From: Firmicutes bacterium UBA5286
Lineage (GTDB): Bacteria; Bacillota; Proteinivoracia; UBA4975
Direction of reading: 5' to 3'
Length of the DNA: 64,000 nucleotides
Assembly (NCBI GenBank): GCA_002408465.1
Contig: DHSM01000008.1
Coordinates: 3,187-67,186, forward strand
Made by a program: the position numbers and the translations under genes. Positions 29,654 to 39,196 of the stretch are shown in pieces (the first letter of the stretch is position 1; every line of letters starts with the position of its first letter). Under the pieces are notes generated by a model, which saw only the letters and a list, made by a program, of their open reading frames with translations, was not told the DNA's origin and made no database searches.

Positions 29654-30619
29654 ATGCGACTCGACACCGAGCAGCTGGAAAAAAAATATTTTTCACCCTG
29701 GGCAGTTCTTAGCAGTCAAAGCAGGGGCCGCTTGGTTCCAGAGCGTCCCTGTGACATTCGCACGGATTTTCAGCGGGACCGGGACAGAATTACCCATAGC
29801 AAAGCCTTTCGCCGTCTAAAGCACAAGACCCAGGTCTTTGTAGCCCCCGAAGGTGATCATTACCGGACCCGTCTTACCCATACCCTGGAAGTGGCACAGA
29901 TTGCCAGAACAGCCGCCCGGGCTTTGCGGCTCAATGAAGATCTGACAGAGGCTATTGCCCTCGGCCATGACTTGGGGCATACTCCCTTTGGTCATGCAGG
30001 CGAAGAGGAGCTGAACGTGATTCATCCTGGGGGATTCTGCCACAACAAGCAGAGCCTGAGAGTGGTAGACCATTTGGAAAAGTTAAATCTGACTTGGGAA
30101 GTGCGGGATGGCATCCTTAATCATTCAGGACCGGATTTGCCTGCAACCCTGGAAGGCATGGTTGTAAGAATCTGTGACCGCATTGCTTATTGCAATCATG
30201 ATATCGACGACGCAGTAAGGGCTGGAATTCTGCGCCTTGAGGACATACCCGCAGATTGCGTTGCAAGTTTGGGACTGGACAATTCATCGCGAATCAATGC
30301 CTTGGTCAAGGCCCTCATCGAAAACAGCCGAGAGGGAGAAATATCTTTGGGCAGCATGGGAGCTGTGCTGGACAAATTGCGTGATTTTTTGTTTGAGGCT
30401 GTATATATTGGCTCCCGTCCCAAAGATGAAGAGAAAAAAGCCAAACATGTGGTCAACAAGGTTTATTTTCATTTGCTCAACAATCCAGGCCTGTTGCCGG
30501 AACCATACTCAGATAATCTGCGTCAGGATATCTGCGACTATATCGCCGGAATGACTGATAGATTTGTGATTGGCCTGTATAAACGGTATTTTTTGCCTAC
30601 TCCTTGGCAAGCCGTTTAG
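29654..30619 (+). CDS. dgt: Deoxyguanosinetriphosphate triphosphohydrolase-like HD protein
   Basis: FQRDRDRI, AFRRLKHKTQVF, HDLGHTPFGH, DYIAGMTD. Confidence 0.93.
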   Translation: MRLDTEQLEKKYFSPWAVLSSQSRGRLVPERPCDIRTDFQRDRDRITHSKAFRRLKHKTQVFVAPEGDHYRTRLTHTLEVAQIARTAARALRLNEDLTEAIALGHDLGHTPFGHAGEEELNVIHPGGFCHNKQSLRVVDHLEKLNLTWEVRDGILNHSGPDLPATLEGMVVRICDRIAYCNHDIDDAVRAGILRLEDIPADCVASLGLDNSSRINALVKALIENSREGEISLGSMGAVLDKLRDFLFEAVYIGSRPKDEEKKAKHVVNKVYFHLLNNPGLLPEPYSDNLRQDICDYIAGMTDRFVIGLYKRYFLPTPWQAV

Positions 30620-30683
30620 CGAATAATTTACTAAATATTGTCTATAATAAATTTGGTCAGTCTGCATTTTTTTTTAATTTTCG

Positions 30684-30789
30684 GCAGGATAAATTCACTG
30701 TTAAAGCGAATTAAATAATAGACTGTATCAAGTTCTATTTACCTAAAAAAAATCTATTTCCGGCAGGAGAATAATACTTTTTGTCGAAT
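30684..30789 (+). promoter_or_regulatory. Two tandem SigH-type promoters upstream of sigA
   Basis: GCAGGA-N18-GAAT (30684-30711) and GCAGGA-N17-GAAT (30763-30789). Confidence 0.65.
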
Positions 30790-30840
30790 GTACCTTATTC
30801 TGTGGTCTTTTTTCTCTTTCTCCTCAAAGGGGGGGATATC

Positions 30841-31938
30841 GTGGCTAATCAAGCTGAAAAACTCAAAGAAATTAAACAAGGACTTATCACTCGTGGCAAG
30901 AAACGGGGTATTTTGACCTATAAAGAAATAGCCGACAGCCTTCAGGAAGTTGACCTGACCCCAGAGCTCATAGAATCCTTTTATGAGAAGCTCTCGGGTT
31001 TAGGGATTGAGATAGTTGATAGTGCAGAAGAGGATGAACCTTCGCAGGATATAGATGATGAGAAGGAAGCCGCTGAGGACGACGCGGATCTTTCCTTGCC
31101 AGAAGGCATCAGCGTCACTGATCCTGTGCGCATGTATTTAAAAGAAATCGGGCGGGTTCCCCTGCTGACTGCTGATGAGGAAGTTGAACTGGCTATTGCT
31201 ATGGAAGAAGGAAGCGAAGAGGCCAAGAAGTCTTTGGTTGAGGCTAACTTGCGCCTGGTTGTCAGCATCGCCAAACGCTATGTGGGCAGAGGCATGTCTT
31301 TTCTCGACCTGATTCAGGAAGGCAACCTGGGACTGATGCGGGCGGTGGATAAGTTTGACTATCATCGGGGGTATAAGTTCAGCACTTATGCCACCTGGTG
31401 GATTCGGCAGGCAATTACCAGGGCTATAGCCGATCAGGCCAGAACTATTCGCATTCCTGTCCACATGGTTGAAACTATCAATAAATTGATTCGGGTTTCT
31501 CGGCAATTGGTTCAGGAATTAGGCCGGGAACCTCTGGCTGAGGAAATCGCCGAGCATATGGATATTACTCCTGAAAAGGTCAGAGAAATTTTAAAAATTT
31601 CTCAAGACCCTGTTTCTCTGGAAACGCCAATTGGCGAAGAGGATGACAGTCACCTGGGCGACTTTATTGAAGACCAGGACGCTTTGGCTCCGGCTGATGC
31701 CGCCGCTTTTGAATTGTTAAAAGAGCAATTAGAAGAAGTCTTGCATACCTTGACCGAAAGAGAAGAAAAAGTTTTGCGCCTGCGTTTTGGCCTGGATGAC
31801 GGCAAACCACGGACATTGGAAGAAGTTGGAAAAAGATTTAGTGTTACAAGGGAGCGCATTCGCCAAATTGAAGCAAAAGCTTTAAGAAAACTGAGACATC
31901 CAAGTCGCAGCAAGCGGCTGAAAGATTATCTGGAATAA
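30841..31938 (+). CDS. sigA: Primary sigma factor SigA (RpoD)
   Basis: [50 protein letters not shown] start after GGGGGG. Confidence 0.98.
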   Translation: MANQAEKLKEIKQGLITRGKKRGILTYKEIADSLQEVDLTPELIESFYEKLSGLGIEIVDSAEEDEPSQDIDDEKEAAEDDADLSLPEGISVTDPVRMYLKEIGRVPLLTADEEVELAIAMEEGSEEAKKSLVEANLRLVVSIAKRYVGRGMSFLDLIQEGNLGLMRAVDKFDYHRGYKFSTYATWWIRQAITRAIADQARTIRIPVHMVETINKLIRVSRQLVQELGREPLAEEIAEHMDITPEKVREILKISQDPVSLETPIGEEDDSHLGDFIEDQDALAPADAAAFELLKEQLEEVLHTLTEREEKVLRLRFGLDDGKPRTLEEVGKRFSVTRERIRQIEAKALRKLRHPSRSKRLKDYLE

Positions 31939-31994
31939 GATTAAGTATTGACTAAGAGTTATTATCCAAGTATAATGGCTAATGTCAGAGATGT

Positions 31995-32069
31995 TCCTCA
32001 GTAGCTCAAGGGTAGAGCAACCGGCTGTTAACCGGTAGGTTGCAGGTTCAAATCCTGCCTGGGGAGCCA
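31995..32069 (+). tRNA. tRNA-Asn (GTT)
   Basis: Cloverleaf, anticodon loop CT-GTT-AA, GGTTCAAATCC T-arm, CCA end. Confidence 0.95.
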
Positions 32070-32075
32070 TTTTTT

Positions 32076-32152
32076 GGGCCTATAGCTCAGCTGGTCAGAG
32101 CAACCGGCTCATAACCGGTCGGTCCCTGGTTCGAATCCAGGTGGGCCCACCA
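32076..32152 (+). tRNA. tRNA-Ile2 (CAT, lysidine-type; Met not excluded)
   Basis: Cloverleaf, CT-CAT-AA anticodon loop, Ile-like GGGCCTA acceptor, CCA end. Confidence 0.88.
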
Positions 32153-32155
32153 CAT

Positions 32156-32232
32156 GGCCCCTTGGAGAAGCGGCTTAACTCACCAGCCTTTCACGCTGGC
32201 ATTCAGGGGTTCGAATCCCCTAGGGGTCACCA
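32156..32232 (+). tRNA. tRNA-Glu (TTC)
   Basis: Cloverleaf, CT-TTC-AC anticodon loop, GGTTCGAATCC, CCA end. Confidence 0.93.
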
Positions 32233-32242
32233 ATACAAAAGG

Positions 32243-32274
32243 AACACTGTCTCCTCGGAGGCAGTGTTTTTTTT
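32243..32274 (+). terminator. Intrinsic terminator after the tRNA cluster
   Basis: AACACTGTCTC-loop-GAGGCAGTGTT followed by U-tract. Confidence 0.85.
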
Positions 32275-32367
32275 GGCCTTAGAGGAATTTACATTCAAGA
32301 TATGGAAATATACTATAATGGTATATGTTGCGGAGATGCAATTATGAATGATTTGGGAGTGGTGCTG

Positions 32368-33063
32368 ATGAAACTGACTCCAAGGCTGCAGGCTATTGTC
32401 GACAAGGTGCCGCCAGGTTCGAAGGTCGCGGACATTGGCACCGATCATGCATATATCCCTGTCTACTTGCTGATGAATCACCTGAGTTCAAGCGTCATTG
32501 CCACTGACAGCCGCCAGGGACCATTGCAGGCTGCCGAGGAAACCTTACAGCTCTTCAGTCTAAGTCAGGCAGCAGAGCTGCGGCTCGGGGACGGACTCAA
32601 TGTCCTCAAGGAAGAGGACAATATCGACGTAATCATCATTGCCGGCATGGGCGGTGACACCATTTGCTCAATCTTGGAGGCTGGACTCGCTCTGTTAAAG
32701 AAAAACATCCTCTTAGTTTTGCAACCTATGACCTGTTCCGACTGGGTGCGGACATGGCTGGCGGACAACAAGTTTTCAATAGTCCGGGAGGACGTTGCCC
32801 AGGAAGAGGATCGTTATTACGAAGTAATCGTTGCCCGCTGGTCAGGAAAACCCAGCCTGGCAGGCGAAAAATACCTGACAATCGGGCCGGATTTAGTAGC
32901 CTGCAGACATCCCCTTTTAAAACCCATGCTGCAGCAGAGGCTGGAACGTAAAGAGGCAGCACTGGCCGGGGCTGGGGGAGCAAATTCTTCTGCCGCCAAA
33001 AATAGAATTCTGGAACTGGAAAAGGAAATTCTCTTGCTAAGAGAGGTTATAGCATGGCTGTAA
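32368..33063 (+). CDS. trmK: tRNA (adenine22-N1)-methyltransferase
   Basis: LTPRLQAI, ADIGTDHAYIP, IAGMGG, LVLQP. Confidence 0.93.
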   Translation: MKLTPRLQAIVDKVPPGSKVADIGTDHAYIPVYLLMNHLSSSVIATDSRQGPLQAAEETLQLFSLSQAAELRLGDGLNVLKEEDNIDVIIIAGMGGDTICSILEAGLALLKKNILLVLQPMTCSDWVRTWLADNKFSIVREDVAQEEDRYYEVIVARWSGKPSLAGEKYLTIGPDLVACRHPLLKPMLQQRLERKEAALAGAGGANSSAAKNRILELEKEILLLREVIAWL

Positions 33064-34184
33064 AGGCAGGGAAAATCATTGCTCTTCTTGAAGAACTGGC
33101 TCCAGTGGGGCTGCAGGAAGACTGGGACAACTCAGGCTTTCAGGTGGGCAGCCGCCAGTGGACGACAGACAAAATTCTCTTGACCCTGGATGTAACCCCG
33201 GAAGTAATAGAGTTTGCGGCCTCAGAACGATATGGTTTTATCCTGGCCCACCATCCCCTGATCTTTCATAAACTCTCGAAAATTGATGTCTCAACTCCCA
33301 TGGGCTCAAGCATCGCTGACGCCTTAGCCAACAGGATCTGCATTTATGCTATGCACACCAATCTGGATGTAATTCGGGGAGGGGTCTCGGATGCCTTGGC
33401 GGATTTGCTTAATTTAAAGGAAACCCAGGTTTTGGACAAGGGCTCCGGCAAGTACTGCAAGCTGGCAGTCTATGTCCCCGACAGCCATTTGGAGCAAGTG
33501 CGCCGTGCTCTGGGGGATGCAGGGGCAGGCGGGATCGGAAATTACTCTCATTGTTCTTTTGCGGCCCCGGGCAGGGGACAGTTTCTCCCCCTGGCAGGTG
33601 CCAACCCTTGGTATGGCAGACAGGGGGAATTATCTGAGGTTTCTGAACACAAATTAGAAACTGTTGTCCAACGAAGTCAGCTAACTGTGGTTCTGGCTGC
33701 AATGAAAAAGGCTCACCCCTATGAAGAAGTTGCTTATGACATTATTCCCTTGGAAAATGAGGCCAATTTCGGATTGGGGCGGATTGGCCTTTTGCCGGAG
33801 CCCATGACTTTAGAGGACTTTGCTTCTTTCCTGGGTAAATTGCTGGGCTGCGCCGCCCTGAAAATTTGCGGAGAACGGGGAAGGCTAATCAAGAAGGCAG
33901 CAGTTTGCGGAGGGAGTTGCGGCAGCCTTGTTTCTCTGGCGCATAATCGCGGCGCTGATGTGCTGGTGACGGGAGATATCGGCCATCATACTGCCCTGGA
34001 AGCGGCTCAACTGGGTTTGGCGCTAGTGGATCCTGGGCACTATTGCAGTGAGTATCCCGTCTTAAATGTTCTTGAATCGTATCTGATACACAATTTGCAT
34101 GAGATTGCTGTTTCCAGATTTCCCGGCAAGACAGACCCCTTGTGGACACAAGCTGCAAAATCGGAAAAGGGAGGGGAGATTTAA
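33054..34184 (+). CDS. Nif3-like dinuclear metal center hexameric protein (YqfO)
   Basis: WDNSG, HHPLIF, HTNLD, HPYEEVAYD, GHYCSE. Confidence 0.93.
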   Translation: MAVKAGKIIALLEELAPVGLQEDWDNSGFQVGSRQWTTDKILLTLDVTPEVIEFAASERYGFILAHHPLIFHKLSKIDVSTPMGSSIADALANRICIYAMHTNLDVIRGGVSDALADLLNLKETQVLDKGSGKYCKLAVYVPDSHLEQVRRALGDAGAGGIGNYSHCSFAAPGRGQFLPLAGANPWYGRQGELSEVSEHKLETVVQRSQLTVVLAAMKKAHPYEEVAYDIIPLENEANFGLGRIGLLPEPMTLEDFASFLGKLLGCAALKICGERGRLIKKAAVCGGSCGSLVSLAHNRGADVLVTGDIGHHTALEAAQLGLALVDPGHYCSEYPVLNVLESYLIHNLHEIAVSRFPGKTDPLWTQAAKSEKGGEI

Positions 34185-34186
34185 AT

Positions 34187-34906
34187 ATGAATTACCTTAA
34201 CGAGATGTGGCAGCTGCAGAATATTGAGGTAGAGATGGTCAAACTGCGCAAGGAATGGACTGAGATCAAAGAGTGGCTGAACAGGGAAACTGGCGAGGAC
34301 CTGGCTGAAATTCAAGCAGGCATCAATGAAGCCAGAGAACAGTGGGAACGGACCAAGGAAGAATATGAAGAAACCACTTCCGAAATTGAGGCAATCGGAC
34401 GCAAGCTGGAACAGTTTAACAGTCAGCTGTATGAGGACGGCAGCCAGAGCAAGGAATTGGTCTCAATTCAGCAAAATATTGAACAGCTCCGCAGACGCAA
34501 GCGCACTTTGGAAGATCAGCAGTTGAGCTCGATTGAACAGTTAGACGACTTGGAACAAAAAATAGCCAATGAAACTGTTCGCTTTCAGCGCCTGGACGAG
34601 CAAAGGAAATCCAGGCTCACCCGCCTGACGGAGCGCAGGGATGAGATTCGGGAAAGATATAAAATCCTAAAAGATCAGAGGGAAGATTTGCGCAGTATCA
34701 TTCCCAGCTTCATGATGGTCATTTATAATGATTTGGTAGCCCAGGGAAAACGGCCAATGGCAATTCTGCAGGATGAAAACTGCAGCGGCTGCGGCATTGC
34801 CCAGACTGTGCTCAGTGTAAACGCTTTGAAAAAGGGCGGACAGTATACTCGCTGCAGCAACTGTGGCCGAATATTAATTGCCGGCGATGCTGGGGAGCAA
34901 GAGTAA
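34187..34906 (+). CDS. Coiled-coil protein with C4-type zinc ribbon (DUF164-like)
   Basis: Long coiled coil, CSGC...CSNCGRIL; typical neighbour of nif3. Confidence 0.85.
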   Translation: MNYLNEMWQLQNIEVEMVKLRKEWTEIKEWLNRETGEDLAEIQAGINEAREQWERTKEEYEETTSEIEAIGRKLEQFNSQLYEDGSQSKELVSIQQNIEQLRRRKRTLEDQQLSSIEQLDDLEQKIANETVRFQRLDEQRKSRLTRLTERRDEIRERYKILKDQREDLRSIIPSFMMVIYNDLVAQGKRPMAILQDENCSGCGIAQTVLSVNALKKGGQYTRCSNCGRILIAGDAGEQE

Positions 34907-34917
34907 GGGAGATTATT

Positions 34918-36042
34918 ATGGCTGATGAACAAGTAAAAGTACTATTAACCGGAGGCGGCACGGGCGGACATATCTACCCGGCAATTGTTATTGCTGATGA
35001 GATTAGGCGCCTCAACCCTTCCGCCCAGATCCTCTTCGTAGGCACCAGGCGCGGTTTAGAAAGCAAGGTTGTTCCCCGACTGGGGTATGAGATTAAATAC
35101 ATCGATGTGCGCTTTTTGGTCCGCCGATTGACCTTGAAGAACTTTGTAACCATATATAAAGCTCTGACTTCAGTCTTCGCCTCACAAAAAATAATCCGGG
35201 AATTCAAGCCCGATATTGTAGTGGGGACCGGCGGCTATGTTTCCGGTCCGGTGGTCTTGGCGGCCGCAATGTTAAAAGTGCCCACGCTCATTCATGAACA
35301 AAATGCTTTTCCCGGCCTTACCACCAGGCTGCTGTCCGGACGGGTGACTCGGGTGGCAGTGAGTCACGCCGCTGCTGTCAAACGCCTTAAATCCGGGGCG
35401 GCAGCTGTGGTTACAGGCCATCCCGTGCGCCGGGAATTTTTTGAAGGCGATTCCAGCCAGGCCCGTCAGGAAATGGGTTTGCAAGACAAACAAAAATTGG
35501 TTATTGTGGTGGGCGGCAGCGGCGGCGCTCTCAAGCTTAACCAGGTTACACTGGCTGCGGCCAAGGAGATTTTAGCCAATCCCGACCTTGTCCTCATTCA
35601 TATTACCGGCAGCCGCTATTATCAATGGGTCAGTGAGGAGCGGGAAAAGATGAATCTCAACCCGGACCTGGCGGCAAGATACCGTCTCACCGACTATCTC
35701 CACGACATGCCCCGGGCGATGGCGGCCTGTGATCTCATTGTCGCCCGTTCCGGGGGAATGGTCCATGAAATGACGGTGACCGGTTGTCCTGCGCTGCTGG
35801 TACCCTCGCCAAATGTCACCGACGATCATCAGCTGCACAACGCCCGTTCCATGGCGGAAGCGGGAGCGGCTCTGGTAATGGAAGAGACTGAGCTGTCGGC
35901 AGAGAGTCTTGCCCGGGAAATCAGGGCCCTCATGAACGATCCCCTGAGTCTGGAAAAAATGGCTGTCGCGGCAAAAGCTTTGGGCAAGCCGGAAGCAGGC
36001 CGCCGCTTGGCTAAGATAATTATGGAAATGGCTAAAAAATAA
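34918..36042 (+). CDS. murG: Undecaprenyldiphospho-muramoylpentapeptide GlcNAc transferase
   Basis: GGGTGGHIYP, GTGGYVSGP, HEQNA, GGSGG, DHQLHNA. Confidence 0.95.
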   Translation: MADEQVKVLLTGGGTGGHIYPAIVIADEIRRLNPSAQILFVGTRRGLESKVVPRLGYEIKYIDVRFLVRRLTLKNFVTIYKALTSVFASQKIIREFKPDIVVGTGGYVSGPVVLAAAMLKVPTLIHEQNAFPGLTTRLLSGRVTRVAVSHAAAVKRLKSGAAAVVTGHPVRREFFEGDSSQARQEMGLQDKQKLVIVVGGSGGALKLNQVTLAAAKEILANPDLVLIHITGSRYYQWVSEEREKMNLNPDLAARYRLTDYLHDMPRAMAACDLIVARSGGMVHEMTVTGCPALLVPSPNVTDDHQLHNARSMAEAGAALVMEETELSAESLAREIRALMNDPLSLEKMAVAAKALGKPEAGRRLAKIIMEMAKK

Positions 36043-36116
36043 AACTTTCATTTTCTAAAATTGACACAGATTGACTTTGCTAATCAAGGACATCTGTGTT
36101 AATCTATTAAAGGAAA

Positions 36117-36471
36117 AGCTGAGTAAGCTGGGCAGCCGCAATTTTAAAAAAAATTGAGGAAAGTCCGGGCTCCACAGGGCAGGGTGCTGGATAACATCCA
36201 GTAAGGGTGACCTTAAGGAAAGTGCCACAGAAAACAGACCGCCTCCGCATGCCGGAGGTAAGGATGAAACGGTGCGGTAAGAGCGCACCAGCAGTCAGGT
36301 GACTGGCTGGCTTGGTAAACCCCACCCGGAGCAAGACCAAATAGGAGGGAATGAGGACGGCCCGTCCGCCCCTCGGGTATGGTCGCTTGAGCTGCTAGGC
36401 AACTGGCGGTCTAGATAGATGGCTGCTGCCTCGGAAGGGGTACAGAACCCGGCTTATACGCTTGCTCAGCT
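36117..36471 (+). ncRNA. rnpB: RNase P RNA (type A)
   Basis: GAGGAAAGTCCGGGCT, GAAAGTGCCACAGAAA, GAAACGG, GGTAAACCCC, GAGCAAG, ACAGAACCCGGCTTA; P1 AGCTGAGT/GCTCAGCT. Confidence 0.96.
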
Positions 36472-36484
36472 GTATGAAAATTTT

Positions 36485-36511
36485 AGCTCTGTCCATGAGG
36501 CAGGGCTTTTT
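36485..36511 (+). terminator. Terminator after intact rnpB
   Basis: AGCTCTGTC-loop-GGCAGGGCTTTTT. Confidence 0.65.
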
Positions 36512-36654
36512 AAATTCCAGAAAGGCAATGAACCGAAACTTTATGACAGGAAGCTTAATGGTCCTACAGGAAAATTATTTCCGGTAAAAGAAGGATAATG
36601 ATTAACTAAGCCGAATGGTTCTTTATTGCAGTAAGTTGAAAGAGGGTATGTACG

Positions 36655-37425
36655 ATGCACACAGAAATTCCATTAATAAATATTCTTTGGACAGGAGGGT
36701 GGGATTCAACTTACCGGGTACTGCATCTTTCCCGTATGAATGTCATATTACAGCCCCATTATATTATCTGCGACAATAGACGGTCTATTAAATTTGAACT
36801 TGAGGCCATTAACAAAATTACTGATGACATTTTAAATGACACTAGGACACAGTGTGTTTTTAAAACAACAATAATTACTCATGAAAAGGATATTCCCCCT
36901 GATGAAGAAATAGCTAACGCGTTTCGCAGTATTAGGCAATCAGTTTTAATTGGGCCTCAGTATGATTACCTTTCACGATACGCGAAGACAGTGGGCAATC
37001 TTGAGATTGGCATTGAAAAAGGTGGCCTCGCCGAAGACATGATGAACAAGTTTGGAAAATTAACTTATGTTGAAAACAATGGTCTAAGCTATTGGGAACT
37101 TGACAAATCCGCATCTTCCGCTGCCTTGTTTAAGGTTTTCGGTTATTTTCGTTTCCCTATATACACCTTGTCAAAGTTGAACATGAAAGCTGAAGCTGAG
37201 AAACTCAGGGTTATGGATATCATGGAGAAAACTTGGTTTTGCCATTTTCCCCATAGTGGGCTCCCTTGCGGATGTTGTTTTCCATGTAAATTTACAATCG
37301 AAGATGGACTTGATTATAGATTGCCAAAACAAGCCCTTCGTCGCTATAGTGTCGAAAAAAAGTTTGGGAAACATAAACTGTATCAGCTAATTAAACGTTT
37401 TCGCAGGAAATTACTTAACTACTAG
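36655..37425 (+). CDS. QueC-like PP-loop ATPase family protein
   Basis: ILWTGGWDST PP-loop variant; C-terminal TWFCH...PCGCCFPC zinc motif as in QueC. Confidence 0.7.
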   Translation: MHTEIPLINILWTGGWDSTYRVLHLSRMNVILQPHYIICDNRRSIKFELEAINKITDDILNDTRTQCVFKTTIITHEKDIPPDEEIANAFRSIRQSVLIGPQYDYLSRYAKTVGNLEIGIEKGGLAEDMMNKFGKLTYVENNGLSYWELDKSASSAALFKVFGYFRFPIYTLSKLNMKAEAEKLRVMDIMEKTWFCHFPHSGLPCGCCFPCKFTIEDGLDYRLPKQALRRYSVEKKFGKHKLYQLIKRFRRKLLNY

Positions 37426-37741
37426 TATCTAATGTCCTTAATGTGAGCTACATTAAGGACATTTTTTCAATAATGACTGAAAATCGTAACGCAATTTAGG
37501 CAAAGATATCTACATGTCTCTTTTCCACAGAGGATAGTTAAGAGCTTTGTTGCGTTGCCGAAGCATAATAGATACTGAAGGAATCCCGATTATTATTTCA
37601 GAAAAACTGAATTCTATTGAATTAGGGGGCTAAACTAAATAAAACTATAATGACTTTTTTTAGTCTTCAAAATATATATTTTAAAAAAAGGGAAAGCTAG
37701 CACTCCTGTCGAAACAATATTAAAATTAAAAGGAGGTAATT

Positions 37742-38769
37742 TTGGCAAGGTACTGCAAATTGGTTTTTGTTGTGATAGTTTTTTGTATTTTACTTACTAC
37801 TGCTTCTGCTTCACCAGTTACACAGTATAAGTATTTCTGGGACATTGAGTACTACAATGGTTGCCTAATCAGCAATATATCTCTGCACTGAAAGGCACCT
37901 TCACTTCTCCTTTTGGCAATAACGGAACTATTACCGGGGTGCATATGGAGCCCAGACATATCTCATCCTACATACATCAAGGGGTTGATTTTGCCGGCGG
38001 AGGGGTAACTGTTAAAGCTGTTGCAGACGGTATAGTCTACTTAAAGGGAACTAGCGGCTCATACGGACAAAGAATCGTCATTCAACATGTTAATTCAAGT
38101 AATACCCCGATGGAAGTCTATTCTCTCTATGCACATTTAAACAACTACAACGGCTGTCCTGCAATCGGCAAGAGTGTCACCAAGGGACAATCAATAGGAG
38201 TATCTGGAAATACCGGAGGGGATTTTGCTCCACATCTTCATTTTTCTATTTATACCAAGCATAATGGCATTATATATCGTCTATACCCATTAAAATATTT
38301 TATTACAAACTCCCACTATAATCGTGGGAACTATATGGATTACCTTCAAAAGCCCGAAACCACTGTAACTTCTACGAATGCAAAAATAACAGTGGAGGCA
38401 GCAGTATATTCTGTAAGGCAAGCTGACTCGAAGTTATTCGTTGTTTTCAGGAAGAAAGGATCCAGTTGGAATCAAGTCGCAATGACTAAAAAAACACCAA
38501 CAAGTAACACAACCACATGGGAGTGGTATATACCGTATAAGTTTTGGAATGCTGATATAGAGTATTACATTGTAGGGACATGTCAAAGGAATTCAATAAG
38601 CAAGAAATACAGAACCACTCGTCCCGCAGCAGCCTTCTATAGTTCCACAAATGATACCAATTATTATGTGTCTTCGAATCCAGGAATCTATTATCAATGT
38701 AGAGTAAATCTTACTCCACCTACGCCACCCCCAATAAATAGCGTTCCTATAGCCCCGCAAGAATTTTAG
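37742..38769 (+). pseudogene. Secreted M23 family metallopeptidase, frameshifted after the signal peptide
   Basis: AGGAGG + TTG start encodes MARYCKLVFVVIVFCILLTTASASP in another frame from the M23 domain (HQGVD, YAHL, PHLHF) at 37861-38769. Confidence 0.7.
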
Positions 38770-38908
38770 TGAGATTGCCCCCCGACCATAAAGTTGTCTG
38801 GGGGAGTAGGCTGTTGACAAAGTTGTCAGCAGCCCTTCTATTTGGTCTTGCTCCGTGGTAACTCTGTACCGTTTGTATGGAGCTTACCTATACTCATAGA
38901 AAAAGGAT

Positions 38909-39026
38909 TGAGGACGGCCCGTCCGCCCCGCGGGTATGGTCGCTTGAGCTGCTAGGCAACTGGCGGTCTAGATAGATGGCTGCTGCCTCGGAAGGGGTAC
39001 AGAACCCGGCTTATACGCTTGCTCAG
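38909..39026 (+). repeat. 118-bp duplication of the rnpB 3' end (att-like)
   Basis: Matches 36352-36469 with one mismatch (T36373 vs G38930). Confidence 0.95.
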
Positions 39027-39040
39027 TTAATTTAAAGAAT

Positions 39041-39063
39041 GACACCGCTTGGCGGTGTTTTTT
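39041..39063 (+). terminator. Terminator after the displaced rnpB 3' copy
   Basis: GACACCGC-TTG-GCGGTGTTTTTT. Confidence 0.75.
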
Positions 39064-39196
39064 CTTTGCAATTACTTAAATTTTTTGTATGATAATAATG
39101 TCCAGGCATATAGCTATAAAAATAGAGGAAGTTATTGGCTGAGGCAGGGAAGCAGCCTGTCGGTGTTGAATAGTATTGACAAGAGAGAGGTGCCTT

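Larger units (their letters stand above)
36472..39026. mobile_element. Integrase-less islet inserted in rnpB
   Basis: AT-rich cargo flanked by intact rnpB and a 118-bp copy of its 3' end. Confidence 0.75.

Noticed and set aside
31882..32347. Short ORFs across the tRNA cluster
   Set aside because: Spurious translations of tRNA genes.
36055..36340. Two minus-strand 77-aa ORFs
   Set aside because: Antisense to the RNase P RNA gene.
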